Below are positions 1 to 9,158 of a stretch of 54,705 nucleotides of DNA, in pieces; the first letter of the stretch is position 1; every line of letters starts with the position of its first letter. The stretch spans positions 1 through 54,705 of the IMG/VR virus record IMGVR_UViG_3300045539_000150, one strand, 5' to 3'. The notes under the pieces are model-generated. The model had not been told where the DNA came from, made no database searches, and saw nothing but the letters and a program-made list of their open reading frames with translations. The stretch comes from a virus (taxonomy: Duplodnaviria; Caudoviricetes). A program made the translations under genes and the position numbers.

Positions 1-864
1 AGTATCATTATCGAACATATATCTAATTGTTGGAATTTCATCGAACTCCTCAGTAGATCTACCTGCAGTTGCAAGTCCAATAGAGTTTGGAATAAACATC
101 GAGTCAATAGGGCCTTCAAACATAGTTACTTCTCTTTCAAAATCAACCATCATCACATTAAATAATGTCGAAACCTTTTTAACGCTTACTAATTCTTCTT
201 CAGATATTGTAAGTTCCTTTCCAGTCTCTTCATATATTTTTTCAAGGTCATATGTTAAATATCTTGAATTTGCTTTCTTAATAAGAGAACGTGTTTGAAA
301 TCCAATAACTTTGTCCTTTGGGGCAAGATTAAGGACTACAATTCTTTTATCCTTTGGAGAATACATGAACCTATCTAATTTTGAAGATAATAATCTATTC
401 CTTAAATAGAAAAATGCAGGATCTCCTGGTTCTATTTCATAAAAATCAAACCATTCCTTTAATTCGGTTCGTGTTGGAGATAAATCATATGCCAATTTAA
501 ATACGTCATGTTCTAAAACTTCAACATGATTTGTTTCCATCTTATGTTCTTGAATGTAATCAATAACTTGGATTGAATCGTCTGTATTTTTAAATTTTAC
601 ATGATGTTCTTTAAGTAGTTGATATGCATTAGAGTGAGTACCACAATTAAAACAATGATACTGTAAAGTGTCCCAATATAAATTACCTCTCTTCTTTTTA
701 TGGTCTGAACTTGAGTCACCACAAAATGGACATGCCATTGTAATCCTACCTGGCATTTCCTTAAGCATATGTTTAGAAGGCTCATTGTGTGCTTTTACAA
801 TTGCCTCTTTAACTAAACTTCTAATCTTAGCCTTTAATTCTTCTGTGATTTTTTGACCTGCCAT
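1..864 (-). CDS. gp61: DNA primase, T4 gp61-like (3' end outside window)
   Basis: Not in the ORF track (no stop in window). Manual translation from ATG 864: MAGQKITEEL...CPFCGDSSSDHKKKRGNLY...YHCFNCG (zinc ribbon), and TOPRIM motifs FEGPIDSMFI and YMFDND at the left edge. Confidence 0.93.
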   Translation of the reverse strand, partial: MAGQKITEELKAKIRSLVKEAIVKAHNEPSKHMLKEMPGRITMACPFCGDSSSDHKKKRGNLYWDTLQYHCFNCGTHSNAYQLLKEHHVKFKNTDDSIQVIDYIQEHKMETNHVEVLEHDVFKLAYDLSPTRTELKEWFDFYEIEPGDPAFFYLRNRLLSSKLDRFMYSPKDKRIVVLNLAPKDKVIGFQTRSLIKKANSRYLTYDLEKIYEETGKELTISEEELVSVKKVSTLFNVMMVDFEREVTMFEGPIDSMFIPNSIGLATAGRSTEEFDEIPTIRYMFDNDT

Positions 865-869
865 ATATT

Positions 870-897
870 ATTATATAGAAAAAAAGGGTCAAGTTTA
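870..897 (-). promoter_or_regulatory. Class A promoter-like motif TAAAC-N15-TATATAAT upstream of primase
   Basis: Same motif and 15-nt spacing found upstream of at least 8 genes; ATG lies 6 nt past the -10-like box. Confidence 0.6.
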
Positions 898-912
898 AAA
901 CCTGACCCTTTA
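879..912 (-). terminator. Intrinsic terminator after gp32
   Basis: Minus strand AAAGGGTCAGGTTTTAAACTTGACCC followed by T7. Confidence 0.75.
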
Positions 913-930
913 AATTTAAATATATGTTAA

Positions 931-1854
931 TTAAACTCCTAGGTCGTTTAAGAAATCATCCAAATCATCTGCATCGCTAGCTCCACCTGGAGTTGCTGTC
1001 ATTTCGCTTGGAAATTCAAAATCTGAACCTGTAGTTTCATCTTTAGATTCTGTTTTAGCCGCTGGTTTTTTAGCTGCAGGTTTTGATATTACAGAATCCA
1101 TAGAATCTCCTGGATTTAAATAGTTTCTTAAGATACTATTAACAAAATCTCTAGTTTCTTCATCCCACGCTTTGTATTCGTATGGTTCTAATGAAGGTGC
1201 TGCATCCAATTGTGTTTTGATAGTTGACATAACTTCTTTGGTTCTCTCTGCTGGAGTTCCATTCATGTCAATCGCACTAGTTGAAGATGAAAATTTTGAT
1301 TTATCGTAGTTATTGAAGTCTCCTTGTCTTGAGATAATCAATTCGAAGTTTTTACCTGCGAAAAGGTCAAATACTTGAGTTGGTTCACCAAATGCTGGTT
1401 TCAATTCTTCGTCAATTTTTTCTTTGATTTTGTAACCAAATTTAAAGATTTTGTATTGTCCTTCTAAATCTGGGTTTTGAGGATCTTTAATAACTTTAAC
1501 TAGAGCGAAGTATTGCTCACGTCTTTTAAGTTTATCACTCATTTTACGGTCAACTGCTGAATCACTTTTACGTAATTTGAAAAATACATCAGCAATTGGG
1601 CATTTTTCACCAAGTGTTGAAGGTGAATCTACCATTTTACCATCACCGCTTGCATTTGTAAGCCAGTGTACGTATTTTTTTACTAAAGAGTTTCTTGGAT
1701 TTGATGGGTTTGGAACAAAACGGATAATTGCTTTGTAAGTTCCGTCTTTACCATCGTCTGCTGTTGGTTTGTAAAGGTCACTTCCTGAAGAAGCTGCTGT
1801 TTCATGTGTGTCTACATCTGCCACACCTAAGTTAAAAATGTCAAATTCTGCCAT
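931..1854 (-). CDS. gp32: Single-stranded DNA-binding protein, T4 gp32-like
   Basis: KDGTYKAIIRFVP, KCPI, VIKDPQNPDLEGQYKIFKFGYKIKEKI, FDLFAGKNFEL, NYDKSKF and acidic tail DADDLDDFLNDL. Confidence 0.93.
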   Translation of the reverse strand: MAEFDIFNLGVADVDTHETAASSGSDLYKPTADDGKDGTYKAIIRFVPNPSNPRNSLVKKYVHWLTNASGDGKMVDSPSTLGEKCPIADVFFKLRKSDSAVDRKMSDKLKRREQYFALVKVIKDPQNPDLEGQYKIFKFGYKIKEKIDEELKPAFGEPTQVFDLFAGKNFELIISRQGDFNNYDKSKFSSSTSAIDMNGTPAERTKEVMSTIKTQLDAAPSLEPYEYKAWDEETRDFVNSILRNYLNPGDSMDSVISKPAAKKPAAKTESKDETTGSDFEFPSEMTATPGGASDADDLDDFLNDLGV

Positions 1855-1901
1855 GTCTTAAATACTTTAATTTTTGTTAATACTTTAATTGTTTATCGTT
1901 A

Positions 1902-1930
1902 ATTATATAATAATCTTTAATATTGTTTCA
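1902..1930 (-). promoter_or_regulatory. Class A promoter-like motif TGAAAC-N15-TATATAAT upstream of gp32
   Basis: Recurrent bipartite motif with exact spacing. Confidence 0.6.
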
Positions 1931-2108
1931 TATTTGCCATCGAAAGAATAGAGCCGGAATCATCTTTGTATTTGTTGTCTTTAATTTTTGTAAGACCTGA
2001 TTTAGAAAGAAGAATTTCCATCTCATCTGTTGAGATCTTTTCTAACTTTACTAATTTGCTTAAAGCTCTGTGTAGTTCAAAGTGTTCTGTACTATTAAAA
2101 GAATCCAT
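1917..2108 (-). CDS. Hypothetical protein (63 aa)
   Basis: ORF on the coding strand preceded by a class A motif. Confidence 0.6.
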   Translation of the reverse strand: MDSFNSTEHFELHRALSKLVKLEKISTDEMEILLSKSGLTKIKDNKYKDDSGSILSMANMKQY

Positions 2109-2136
2109 TATGATACATTTAAATATTGTTATACTT

Positions 2137-2165
2137 ATTATATATCTCTATTTATTTTTGTTTCA
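2137..2165 (-). promoter_or_regulatory. Class A promoter-like motif TGAAAC-N15-TATATAAT (also matches class B GATATATAA)
   Basis: Recurrent bipartite motif with exact spacing. Confidence 0.6.
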
Positions 2166-2239
2166 GAACTATTTAATTTATTTATGGGGATGCCTTAGAA
2201 ACTATTTTAAAATATTCTTTGGATATTCTGAAACAAAAA
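2155..2239. repeat. 14-bp perfect inverted repeat TTTTTGTTTCAGAA / TTCTGAAACAAAAA with 57-bp spacer
   Basis: Arms at 2155-2168 and 2226-2239. Confidence 0.85.
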
Positions 2240-2266
2240 GTTACAGATACAATATAACTTAAGTCT

Positions 2267-2941
2267 TTAAGCCTTCGGGTAAAATAAGGTTCTTGCTAAA
2301 TTATTTAGAAAGTAAGCATCGACTAAATCGTCCATTGGTTTAGGTATGTTTTTTACAACTCCAATGTTATCTCTACAGAATTTAAGAAGAGACGAGGATT
2401 CAAGCTCTTTGTCGACAAGGACATTTTCAAGGAATTTAATCCAAAGTTCATCCTTCTTCATGTTTCCTTTTCCTGCATGTTTCTTAATTGTTGAAGGTGC
2501 AATGGTCATCATTTCCAAGACTTCAAGTCGCGACATCATTTCCATCTTTAAGATTGCGGCTCCGGCAGCCATGTCAATAATATTATTAGTTCCTGCAGAA
2601 GAACCATAAGAGGATCCTTCAAACGCAATAACAAAAGGAGAATCATTACCTGTGATTTCAATAACCATATCTATAATATCTCTAGCAGTTTGTGTATGTC
2701 GTTGGATTTTAATCATCTCACTCTTAGAATAATCTTCAGTATTAGTCCAGTCAGGTTGATGTGTTATTTGAGTATCTTCAAGAAGATTAAGTTCCTCTTG
2801 TAATATCTGTTCCTTTTTAGTTCCGGTCTTAGGTTTTAAATAACCAATAAAATGGTATTTATTATTTTTAAAAACACAGATTCCAGGGGAATTTAATGAA
2901 AAGTCAATTGTTACAAAATTCATATTATATTCTACTACCAA
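2267..2941 (-). CDS. ruvC: RuvC-like Holliday junction resolvase
   Basis: RNase H-fold catalytic motifs IDFSLNSPGICV, AFEGSSYGS, APSTIKKHAGKGNMKKDEL, DDLVDAY; true start may be the Met at ~2923. Confidence 0.85.
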   Translation of the reverse strand: MVVEYNMNFVTIDFSLNSPGICVFKNNKYHFIGYLKPKTGTKKEQILQEELNLLEDTQITHQPDWTNTEDYSKSEMIKIQRHTQTARDIIDMVIEITGNDSPFVIAFEGSSYGSSAGTNNIIDMAAGAAILKMEMMSRLEVLEMMTIAPSTIKKHAGKGNMKKDELWIKFLENVLVDKELESSSLLKFCRDNIGVVKNIPKPMDDLVDAYFLNNLARTLFYPKA

Positions 2942-3293
2942 GTGCAGAACCTAAGGCAGCTCCAACTAATCTTGAGGTTAACATTTCATACATGATTCCA
3001 TCTCTAATTCCAAGAATATTAGCAATTGTTTTTCCAACAGTTTTACCTAGTGCAAAACCTGCAAGTCCACCAAATATACTACCTAAGATACCTTCATTAG
3101 TAAGTTCCTCATTAAATCTTTGGATATCATAAGATCCATCAGATAATTTATAAGTTAATGAAAATTCTATAAGAGCAGCATCTACCTTTTCTTCAAGTTC
3201 ATCAGTCCATTCAGTCTGTAAAGATTCTGTAAGAATCATTAATTCCGTTTCAGTAAGAGTTTCCTCTTTAATATAATCTAAAAATGTTTTCAT
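2925..3293 (-). CDS. Putative virion-internal protein with glycine zipper
   Basis: N-terminus MKTFLDYIKEE resembles the T4 capsid-targeting sequence; C-terminal GxxxG-rich hydrophobic helices; class B motif immediately upstream. Confidence 0.5.
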   Translation of the reverse strand: MKTFLDYIKEETLTETELMILTESLQTEWTDELEEKVDAALIEFSLTYKLSDGSYDIQRFNEELTNEGILGSIFGGLAGFALGKTVGKTIANILGIRDGIMYEMLTSRLVGAALGSALGSRI

Positions 3294-3296
3294 ACT

Positions 3297-3305
3297 TTAT
3301 ATATC
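3297..3305 (-). promoter_or_regulatory. Class B (putative late) promoter GATATATAA overlapping the upstream stop codon
   Basis: Motif recurs upstream of structural genes. Confidence 0.55.
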
Positions 3306-3851
3306 TATTTCTAATGCTATATTAAATTTGTTGTAGTAGAAGTTTAAATCAAATGTGGTAAACTCAGCAATGTTAGAACTCATATTTAAATCAAGTTCAG
3401 ATATTGAATTTAAAATTGGCTTTTCAAAAACAGCACTTATAATATGAATTCCTTCGGCATCCATTATTTGTAATTTGATGTCATTAATAAATGGTTGCTT
3501 AACGGCCTTTGAATAATAATATAGTAAAGTATCTTGCATAATCCAATAGTTAATATAACCATCTAATAATTGCATTGTAACTTTAAATTGTCTATCAATT
3601 GTATTTTGTATTGGAATAGAACCTCTGTGATATGTTATTGTTCCATCATTAGGTGCAACTTCAATAGGGTCAAATGTTATTCCTGGTAAATTAACACCCT
3701 GAATAGAATAATTAATAAAGTCTATTGGTTCAGTTACTAGATTTCCTGGCATTCTATTCAAATACTTGCGATATTTGTCAGCAACTTCTATAGGAATAAA
3801 AGTCCTAGGAAATTTAAAGTTGAATAAGTTATTTCTACTATTTAAAATCAT
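3297..3851 (-). CDS. Tail completion / tail-tube family protein (T4 gp3-like)
   Basis: IQGVNLPGITFDPIE...FKVTMQLLDGYINYW and C-terminal FTTFDLNFYY resemble gp3/gp19-fold proteins; size and context fit. Confidence 0.6.
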   Translation of the reverse strand: MILNSRNNLFNFKFPRTFIPIEVADKYRKYLNRMPGNLVTEPIDFINYSIQGVNLPGITFDPIEVAPNDGTITYHRGSIPIQNTIDRQFKVTMQLLDGYINYWIMQDTLLYYYSKAVKQPFINDIKLQIMDAEGIHIISAVFEKPILNSISELDLNMSSNIAEFTTFDLNFYYNKFNIALEIDI

Positions 3852-5914
3852 TATATAATGTTAACGTTTCCGTAATATAACAGTGATTCGGTACCACCAT
3901 TTTTTATGTTAATATAAAATTTGTCTGCGTTTTGATTTGTATCTGATTGATCGAATCTGTTTGCAGTACTCTTTGAAACTTTAAAGAAAATTTCACCGTT
4001 ACCCATATCAACTCCTGGAAATGAAGGGTCATGTGATATTCTTTCCTCTATTGAACCACTTTTAATAATCAATATAAGATCTTCTGAATTTACAAGGCTA
4101 ATTGCGTTTAAAACACCATCGCCTGGTTTTGCTACTCTAAATTTAATAAAGTTATCAGATACCTTTGATAATACAATTGTTCCTACACCTTCTATATCAT
4201 ATTTAAGATCTGCAGTTGCAGTAACATCTATTCCATCCGTTGACATTTTAGAATTTGATGCAACAATACCATAAGTATCTAACGCAACTGGAACGTATTT
4301 TGTTTCTCCAACATCAGGTCGTATAGAATTTACAAATTGATTTAATTCTCTATTTACTGATGTATTTGGTAATGTATTATAAACAATAGTAGGTGAAAAG
4401 CTTGAGTTTAAATTCAACTTCAATAATTTCTTACCATATTTTTTAGGTTGGCTATATATTAAAGAAGCAACTTTTAAAATTTGAGTGTTATCGGTTTCAT
4501 TATAAATTCTAAGATTAACCGTAATTAAAAAGTTACTTGAAATAGAAGAGTTTAAAATCACTGGTCTAAATACTATAGCTTCGTCAAATTGTGATGTTTG
4601 TGTAAATGTATTTGTAAATGTATTAATATAATTAAGACCAATTTGTTCACTTACTTGTACCTCATAGAATAGGGTTAAATCATCACCTGAAGTTTGCATT
4701 TTTCCATTGATATAACCTTCAAATCCTGTTTGAGAACCATCTTTAGTTCCATATATTTTAAAGTAATCTCCGTCTGTTGCGTGTTCTACATTTACCGCAA
4801 GATCCACGTATTCATCTTCCTGTGGTAATATTATAGATTTACCTTCTACTAAATTTATATAATCATATCCATCAATGGTTACTACTGCACTAATTAATTT
4901 AAAATCAATTTCATAATTGATTGAAGTATTAATTGCATCTAAAGTGCTACTTGTTCCAAAGAAACTTTCTTCAAATTCAAGGTTTTTAGTTGGGTCATAC
5001 ATATGAACCAATGCAGGTACTTTAATTTCAATATATTTTGAGTAGGATGTTTCACCTAATATAAATGGATTTGGATTTTGAATCTCATAGTTTGATGAGT
5101 TTAAATAAACTAAAGAGTTAAAATAATTATAAACTCCAGAGTTTCTTTTAATTTTTGTTTGGAATAAAAATCCGTCATAACCTCTTCCACTAAATGAATA
5201 TCCAGTTCTTAAATGTAATCTAATGGTATCGTACCAAACCGCATTTACTGTAGTTGATGGAACCACTGTTAAATTAGATGATGTTGTTCCTAACCACTCA
5301 GTAGAATTTAAATAATTTAAAGAATTATTTAATAATGCCATTGTACCACTTACTTCAGTAGGTACTGCATAATATCTCCCACTTTCACCTGGCGCCGTTT
5401 TAATATCGTTTCCAGTTTGTGCCTGTGGTGTTGAAAAAAGAGAACTAGCTCTATTTGAAACTTCAATTTGTCCTCCAATAAAAGAACTTCCACCTAAGTC
5501 AGTATACTCATATTTATAGTTTCCATTTGTCGTTGGTGTATAAATGTAGATTTGACCTGAAAGATATCCACTGCCAGCAGGAATATTGAACCCATTCACA
5601 TTATCGATACTAGAGTCACTTAAATCAAATTTATATGTTTTTCCATTTCTAAGTAAAAGTTGTCTGCTAGCGAACCCGTTTACAACCAAGTAACCACTGG
5701 CAGATGTAACTGTAAATTCCACAACATCATCTCCAAGTTCATTGATTAAGAATCTTGAAGCACTATTATCTCCATCAACAGTATTTAAATATTTAAGTTG
5801 ACTTCCATTATTATCATTCTCAATCTTAGCCTCATTTGGACTTGATTGGTCATGATAGATGAATTCTAATAATACATCTTCGTCTATTCTTAAGAATCTT
5901 GATGATTTTGCCAT
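3851..5914 (-). CDS. Putative virion structural protein (687 aa)
   Basis: Long beta-rich ORF, translationally coupled within the tail module. Confidence 0.55.
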   Translation of the reverse strand: MAKSSRFLRIDEDVLLEFIYHDQSSPNEAKIENDNNGSQLKYLNTVDGDNSASRFLINELGDDVVEFTVTSASGYLVVNGFASRQLLLRNGKTYKFDLSDSSIDNVNGFNIPAGSGYLSGQIYIYTPTTNGNYKYEYTDLGGSSFIGGQIEVSNRASSLFSTPQAQTGNDIKTAPGESGRYYAVPTEVSGTMALLNNSLNYLNSTEWLGTTSSNLTVVPSTTVNAVWYDTIRLHLRTGYSFSGRGYDGFLFQTKIKRNSGVYNYFNSLVYLNSSNYEIQNPNPFILGETSYSKYIEIKVPALVHMYDPTKNLEFEESFFGTSSTLDAINTSINYEIDFKLISAVVTIDGYDYINLVEGKSIILPQEDEYVDLAVNVEHATDGDYFKIYGTKDGSQTGFEGYINGKMQTSGDDLTLFYEVQVSEQIGLNYINTFTNTFTQTSQFDEAIVFRPVILNSSISSNFLITVNLRIYNETDNTQILKVASLIYSQPKKYGKKLLKLNLNSSFSPTIVYNTLPNTSVNRELNQFVNSIRPDVGETKYVPVALDTYGIVASNSKMSTDGIDVTATADLKYDIEGVGTIVLSKVSDNFIKFRVAKPGDGVLNAISLVNSEDLILIIKSGSIEERISHDPSFPGVDMGNGEIFFKVSKSTANRFDQSDTNQNADKFYINIKNGGTESLLYYGNVNII

Positions 5915-5928
5915 TTCTTTATAATTTT

Positions 5929-6756
5929 TTAAAATCTAAGCCACTTTGGAGACCAAAGTATGCCAATATTAATTGAAGGTCCATATGAAATTACACCACT
6001 TCCAAGGTTTATTCCATATCCAACTCCAATTCCAGCAGAAAACCCTGCCTTCTTTGTATTCTTTTCATTTAGTTTATCGTTAACTAAATTTATATTTTCA
6101 ATATTAGTAAAGGTAACTCCAGGATATGGAGTACTTATTCTAAGAGAGTTAACTCCATTTTCGTTTAAGATAGCTGCCTTTAATTCAATTCCCTGTTCAA
6201 AATCAAATCTACTTGATACCACTGACAAATTATTATCTTTGCCCTTTAAGATATTTATGTTTCCATTGAATCTTCTCCAGTTATATTTATCCCAATTTTT
6301 ATTGTCATCAAATTTAACACTTGAAATACTATCGTTAATTGCAACAATAGATACCTTTGAGTTTATGATTGAATCCTTTATTTTTAGATCTGCTCTTAAA
6401 AATGAGTTTACTTTATTTAAACCACTATTAATATTTAATGCAGTTTGATAACTTGATAATAGTTTTTTATTTTCAGAGCTTAAGGAATTTATATCGAATT
6501 CATATGTTTTTTTAATAGCAACTAATTGGCCATTTTTATTTCTTTCAATCTTAATAGTATCTAAACTTGCTTTGTAATTATTAAGTTCTCTATTAGCTAC
6601 CATTTGTGTTTGGGTAACTTCTCTCTTTAGGGAAGATATAGAATCACATTGCTTTAAGAAAAGCAAAATAAAGACAATAAGACTGATATAAAGAATATCA
6701 GTCTTTGTTAGTTTTAGATTTTTAATCCAATTTATTATTTTAGTTATGTATATCAT
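5929..6756 (-). CDS. Putative spanin/Rz-like lysis protein
   Basis: N-terminal TM helix ending LKQC, coiled coil, C-terminal Gly/aromatic amphipathic beta-strands ending WLRF. Confidence 0.5.
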   Translation of the reverse strand: MIYITKIINWIKNLKLTKTDILYISLIVFILLFLKQCDSISSLKREVTQTQMVANRELNNYKASLDTIKIERNKNGQLVAIKKTYEFDINSLSSENKKLLSSYQTALNINSGLNKVNSFLRADLKIKDSIINSKVSIVAINDSISSVKFDDNKNWDKYNWRRFNGNINILKGKDNNLSVVSSRFDFEQGIELKAAILNENGVNSLRISTPYPGVTFTNIENINLVNDKLNEKNTKKAGFSAGIGVGYGINLGSGVISYGPSINIGILWSPKWLRF

Positions 6757-6758
6757 TA

Positions 6759-9122
6759 TTATAAATTATTGTATACTTCAAACCATGCAGAATCAGCAAG
6801 ACTTGTTGAATATGACCAAACTAACCCTGCAGTATAAGAAGTAGAAGGATCTAATGTATATAGCGCAATACTCATAGTGCTAGGAGTATTAGGAGCCGGT
6901 CGGGGTGCCAGTGTGTAATAGTTAGGCGAATATACTACTCCTTGAAAATTAGAGTAAGCACTTAGCGAGTTACCTGAAATACCATCATTATCTGCGAATA
7001 CACTTGCATAGTTGTTAACTTGATTAACCAATTTCATTTTTATATAAACAGCAACATCTGTATTATTATAAACAATAACATTAGCAGAACCTGCATTTTG
7101 AGTTATTGGATATACTGGAGTTCCGGTTGTCTCCAACCAAACTGCCGGCAATTGTAAAGTAGGTTCTGCTGAAACATGGAAATTTACTTGAAAAGCAGGG
7201 TTTACTCCCGTTAAGGTAACATTTACTGTAACCTCACTTCCTTCATCACCAGATCCTGTAAATGTTCTGCTATTTATAGTCATCACACCATTATTGACAT
7301 ATGGAATAGATATATCAGCTGCAGTTAGAGGTGCTGTAAATAAATAATCTGCCTCTGCTGTTACTATTAAGTCAAATGTATATCCACTATTAAGATTGTA
7401 ATTTACAGTAACTGGTAAAATTCCGAAATAAGGATACATGGTTGCATGCGCAGGGTACGTTCCTGTTTGAAATAATTGTATTGGAACAGTAGGCAGCGCA
7501 GTAAACATTCCCGAAGTGTCAATTCCAATTGTAGCCATTGTTCCATTTGCAGGCTGAATGTCTACACTAATGTCTAATGTCAACGTTGTTGGATTTACTC
7601 CAGCTGCTAATGTTTTTATAATTCCATCAATATACCCTGGATGTGTTAATGTTGGTATACTATTCCAATAATATCCAGCAGGGGCGGTTATAATTGCCTG
7701 ATGAAAATAAGATCCTCCTTGAGTATATGCTGCTGCTCCTGCTGAAATAGTTCCAAGGTTAGGAGATACCGTATTTGCATCTACTAATTGAAAATTCAAA
7801 GTGGTAGTTGGGGCCTGTCCAGTTCCTTTATCGCTCCAATATAAATTAGACTTCGCCAAATAAATAATCTGTGGAAGTTTTTTAATTTTAAAAGGAGTTG
7901 CTCCGGTTGCAGTATTAAATACAACATCGTTAGTTTGTATTGTTTGTCCAATTGCATATGTACCAGCTCCTTGAAAATTAGCTGTCATATTAATATCGGC
8001 TCCACCTACTATATTAATTGCATTATTTGGTACACCACCTGCATTTCCCTGACTGTTTATATCCGTACTAGCAGTATTATCTGGAATTGAATATGAAAAT
8101 GAATTTAAATCTGGAACCAATGTGGTTCCTTGTACAGTACCATCCGTCCAATATTGTCCATTACATAGGTACCAACCTTCATAATCTCCAATACCTGCAC
8201 CAACTATTATCTTAAGAACATCATTAATTGTATTTGGTAATTGAGTTAAATCAATTGTTTGTGCATTTATAAATCTAGTGTTATCAGCAAATACAGAAGG
8301 AAGTATTGAAATTATAGTTCCATAGGGTACAGTTCCTCCAAGTTCTTGAATGCTTTTAAATGTAACAAGACCACTTGCATCTACTGATGTTGCGATTTTA
8401 TTAAGACCTGCTGCTGCATTTTCAATATAAAGTTCACTATTAATTTTAACTGGAGAGTTAAAATGTGCATCCTTATCAAACGTTATTAAATTTGTACTAA
8501 TCGATAATATATTAGTACCTATGACATTACTTTTAAAAATATGATTATCGGCATTCCAGATAATTCTGGTTGGAAGTGCAAAGCCAGATTCCTTAAACGA
8601 CATTCTAAATATTGTTTTATTAATAGCTTGGTCATAATGTATTCTAAAGTCGAAATGATTATCTAAAACATCGCTACTTTTAAAACGTAAATTAGAATAA
8701 AAGTGGGCTTTTCTATTAATAATCCACTGATATGGTGATTGTCCATTATTTAACGACTGATGTGTATTATATTCAGGATCTGATGATAAAAAACCAATAC
8801 TAATTACAGGTGGATTAAGAGCGCCTGGCACCAACGCTACCGGAAATAACGTATCTGTTGTAAGAGAACTATTATCTCCATCTATTCTTTTCCAATATGA
8901 TTCAGTATTAGCACCGGGTTGTCCAACATTTCCCTGAAACCCCATTGTTCCTTGAAAACCCTGAGGCCCCATAACACCCTGAAACCCTGTGTCTCCTTTA
9001 GGACCCAAAGGACCTTGAGGACCACCGCCATTTGCAACTAATTGGTCAAAATTATAATTAACTTTGTCTAATTTAATATTGTCGCTATCAGAAGTACTAA
9101 TTTGTTTTAAATTGATTGCCAT
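6759..9122 (-). CDS. Tail fibre protein with collagen-like repeat and tail-collar domain
   Basis: KVNYNFDQL anchor motif; (GXY)n GPQGPLGPKGDTGFQG...; collar motifs VPYGTII, GWYLCNG, VPDL. Confidence 0.8.
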   Translation of the reverse strand: MAINLKQISTSDSDNIKLDKVNYNFDQLVANGGGPQGPLGPKGDTGFQGVMGPQGFQGTMGFQGNVGQPGANTESYWKRIDGDNSSLTTDTLFPVALVPGALNPPVISIGFLSSDPEYNTHQSLNNGQSPYQWIINRKAHFYSNLRFKSSDVLDNHFDFRIHYDQAINKTIFRMSFKESGFALPTRIIWNADNHIFKSNVIGTNILSISTNLITFDKDAHFNSPVKINSELYIENAAAGLNKIATSVDASGLVTFKSIQELGGTVPYGTIISILPSVFADNTRFINAQTIDLTQLPNTINDVLKIIVGAGIGDYEGWYLCNGQYWTDGTVQGTTLVPDLNSFSYSIPDNTASTDINSQGNAGGVPNNAINIVGGADINMTANFQGAGTYAIGQTIQTNDVVFNTATGATPFKIKKLPQIIYLAKSNLYWSDKGTGQAPTTTLNFQLVDANTVSPNLGTISAGAAAYTQGGSYFHQAIITAPAGYYWNSIPTLTHPGYIDGIIKTLAAGVNPTTLTLDISVDIQPANGTMATIGIDTSGMFTALPTVPIQLFQTGTYPAHATMYPYFGILPVTVNYNLNSGYTFDLIVTAEADYLFTAPLTAADISIPYVNNGVMTINSRTFTGSGDEGSEVTVNVTLTGVNPAFQVNFHVSAEPTLQLPAVWLETTGTPVYPITQNAGSANVIVYNNTDVAVYIKMKLVNQVNNYASVFADNDGISGNSLSAYSNFQGVVYSPNYYTLAPRPAPNTPSTMSIALYTLDPSTSYTAGLVWSYSTSLADSAWFEVYNNL

Positions 9123-9158
9123 TCGAGTATCTTAATTTATTTTATATATATTCATTTT

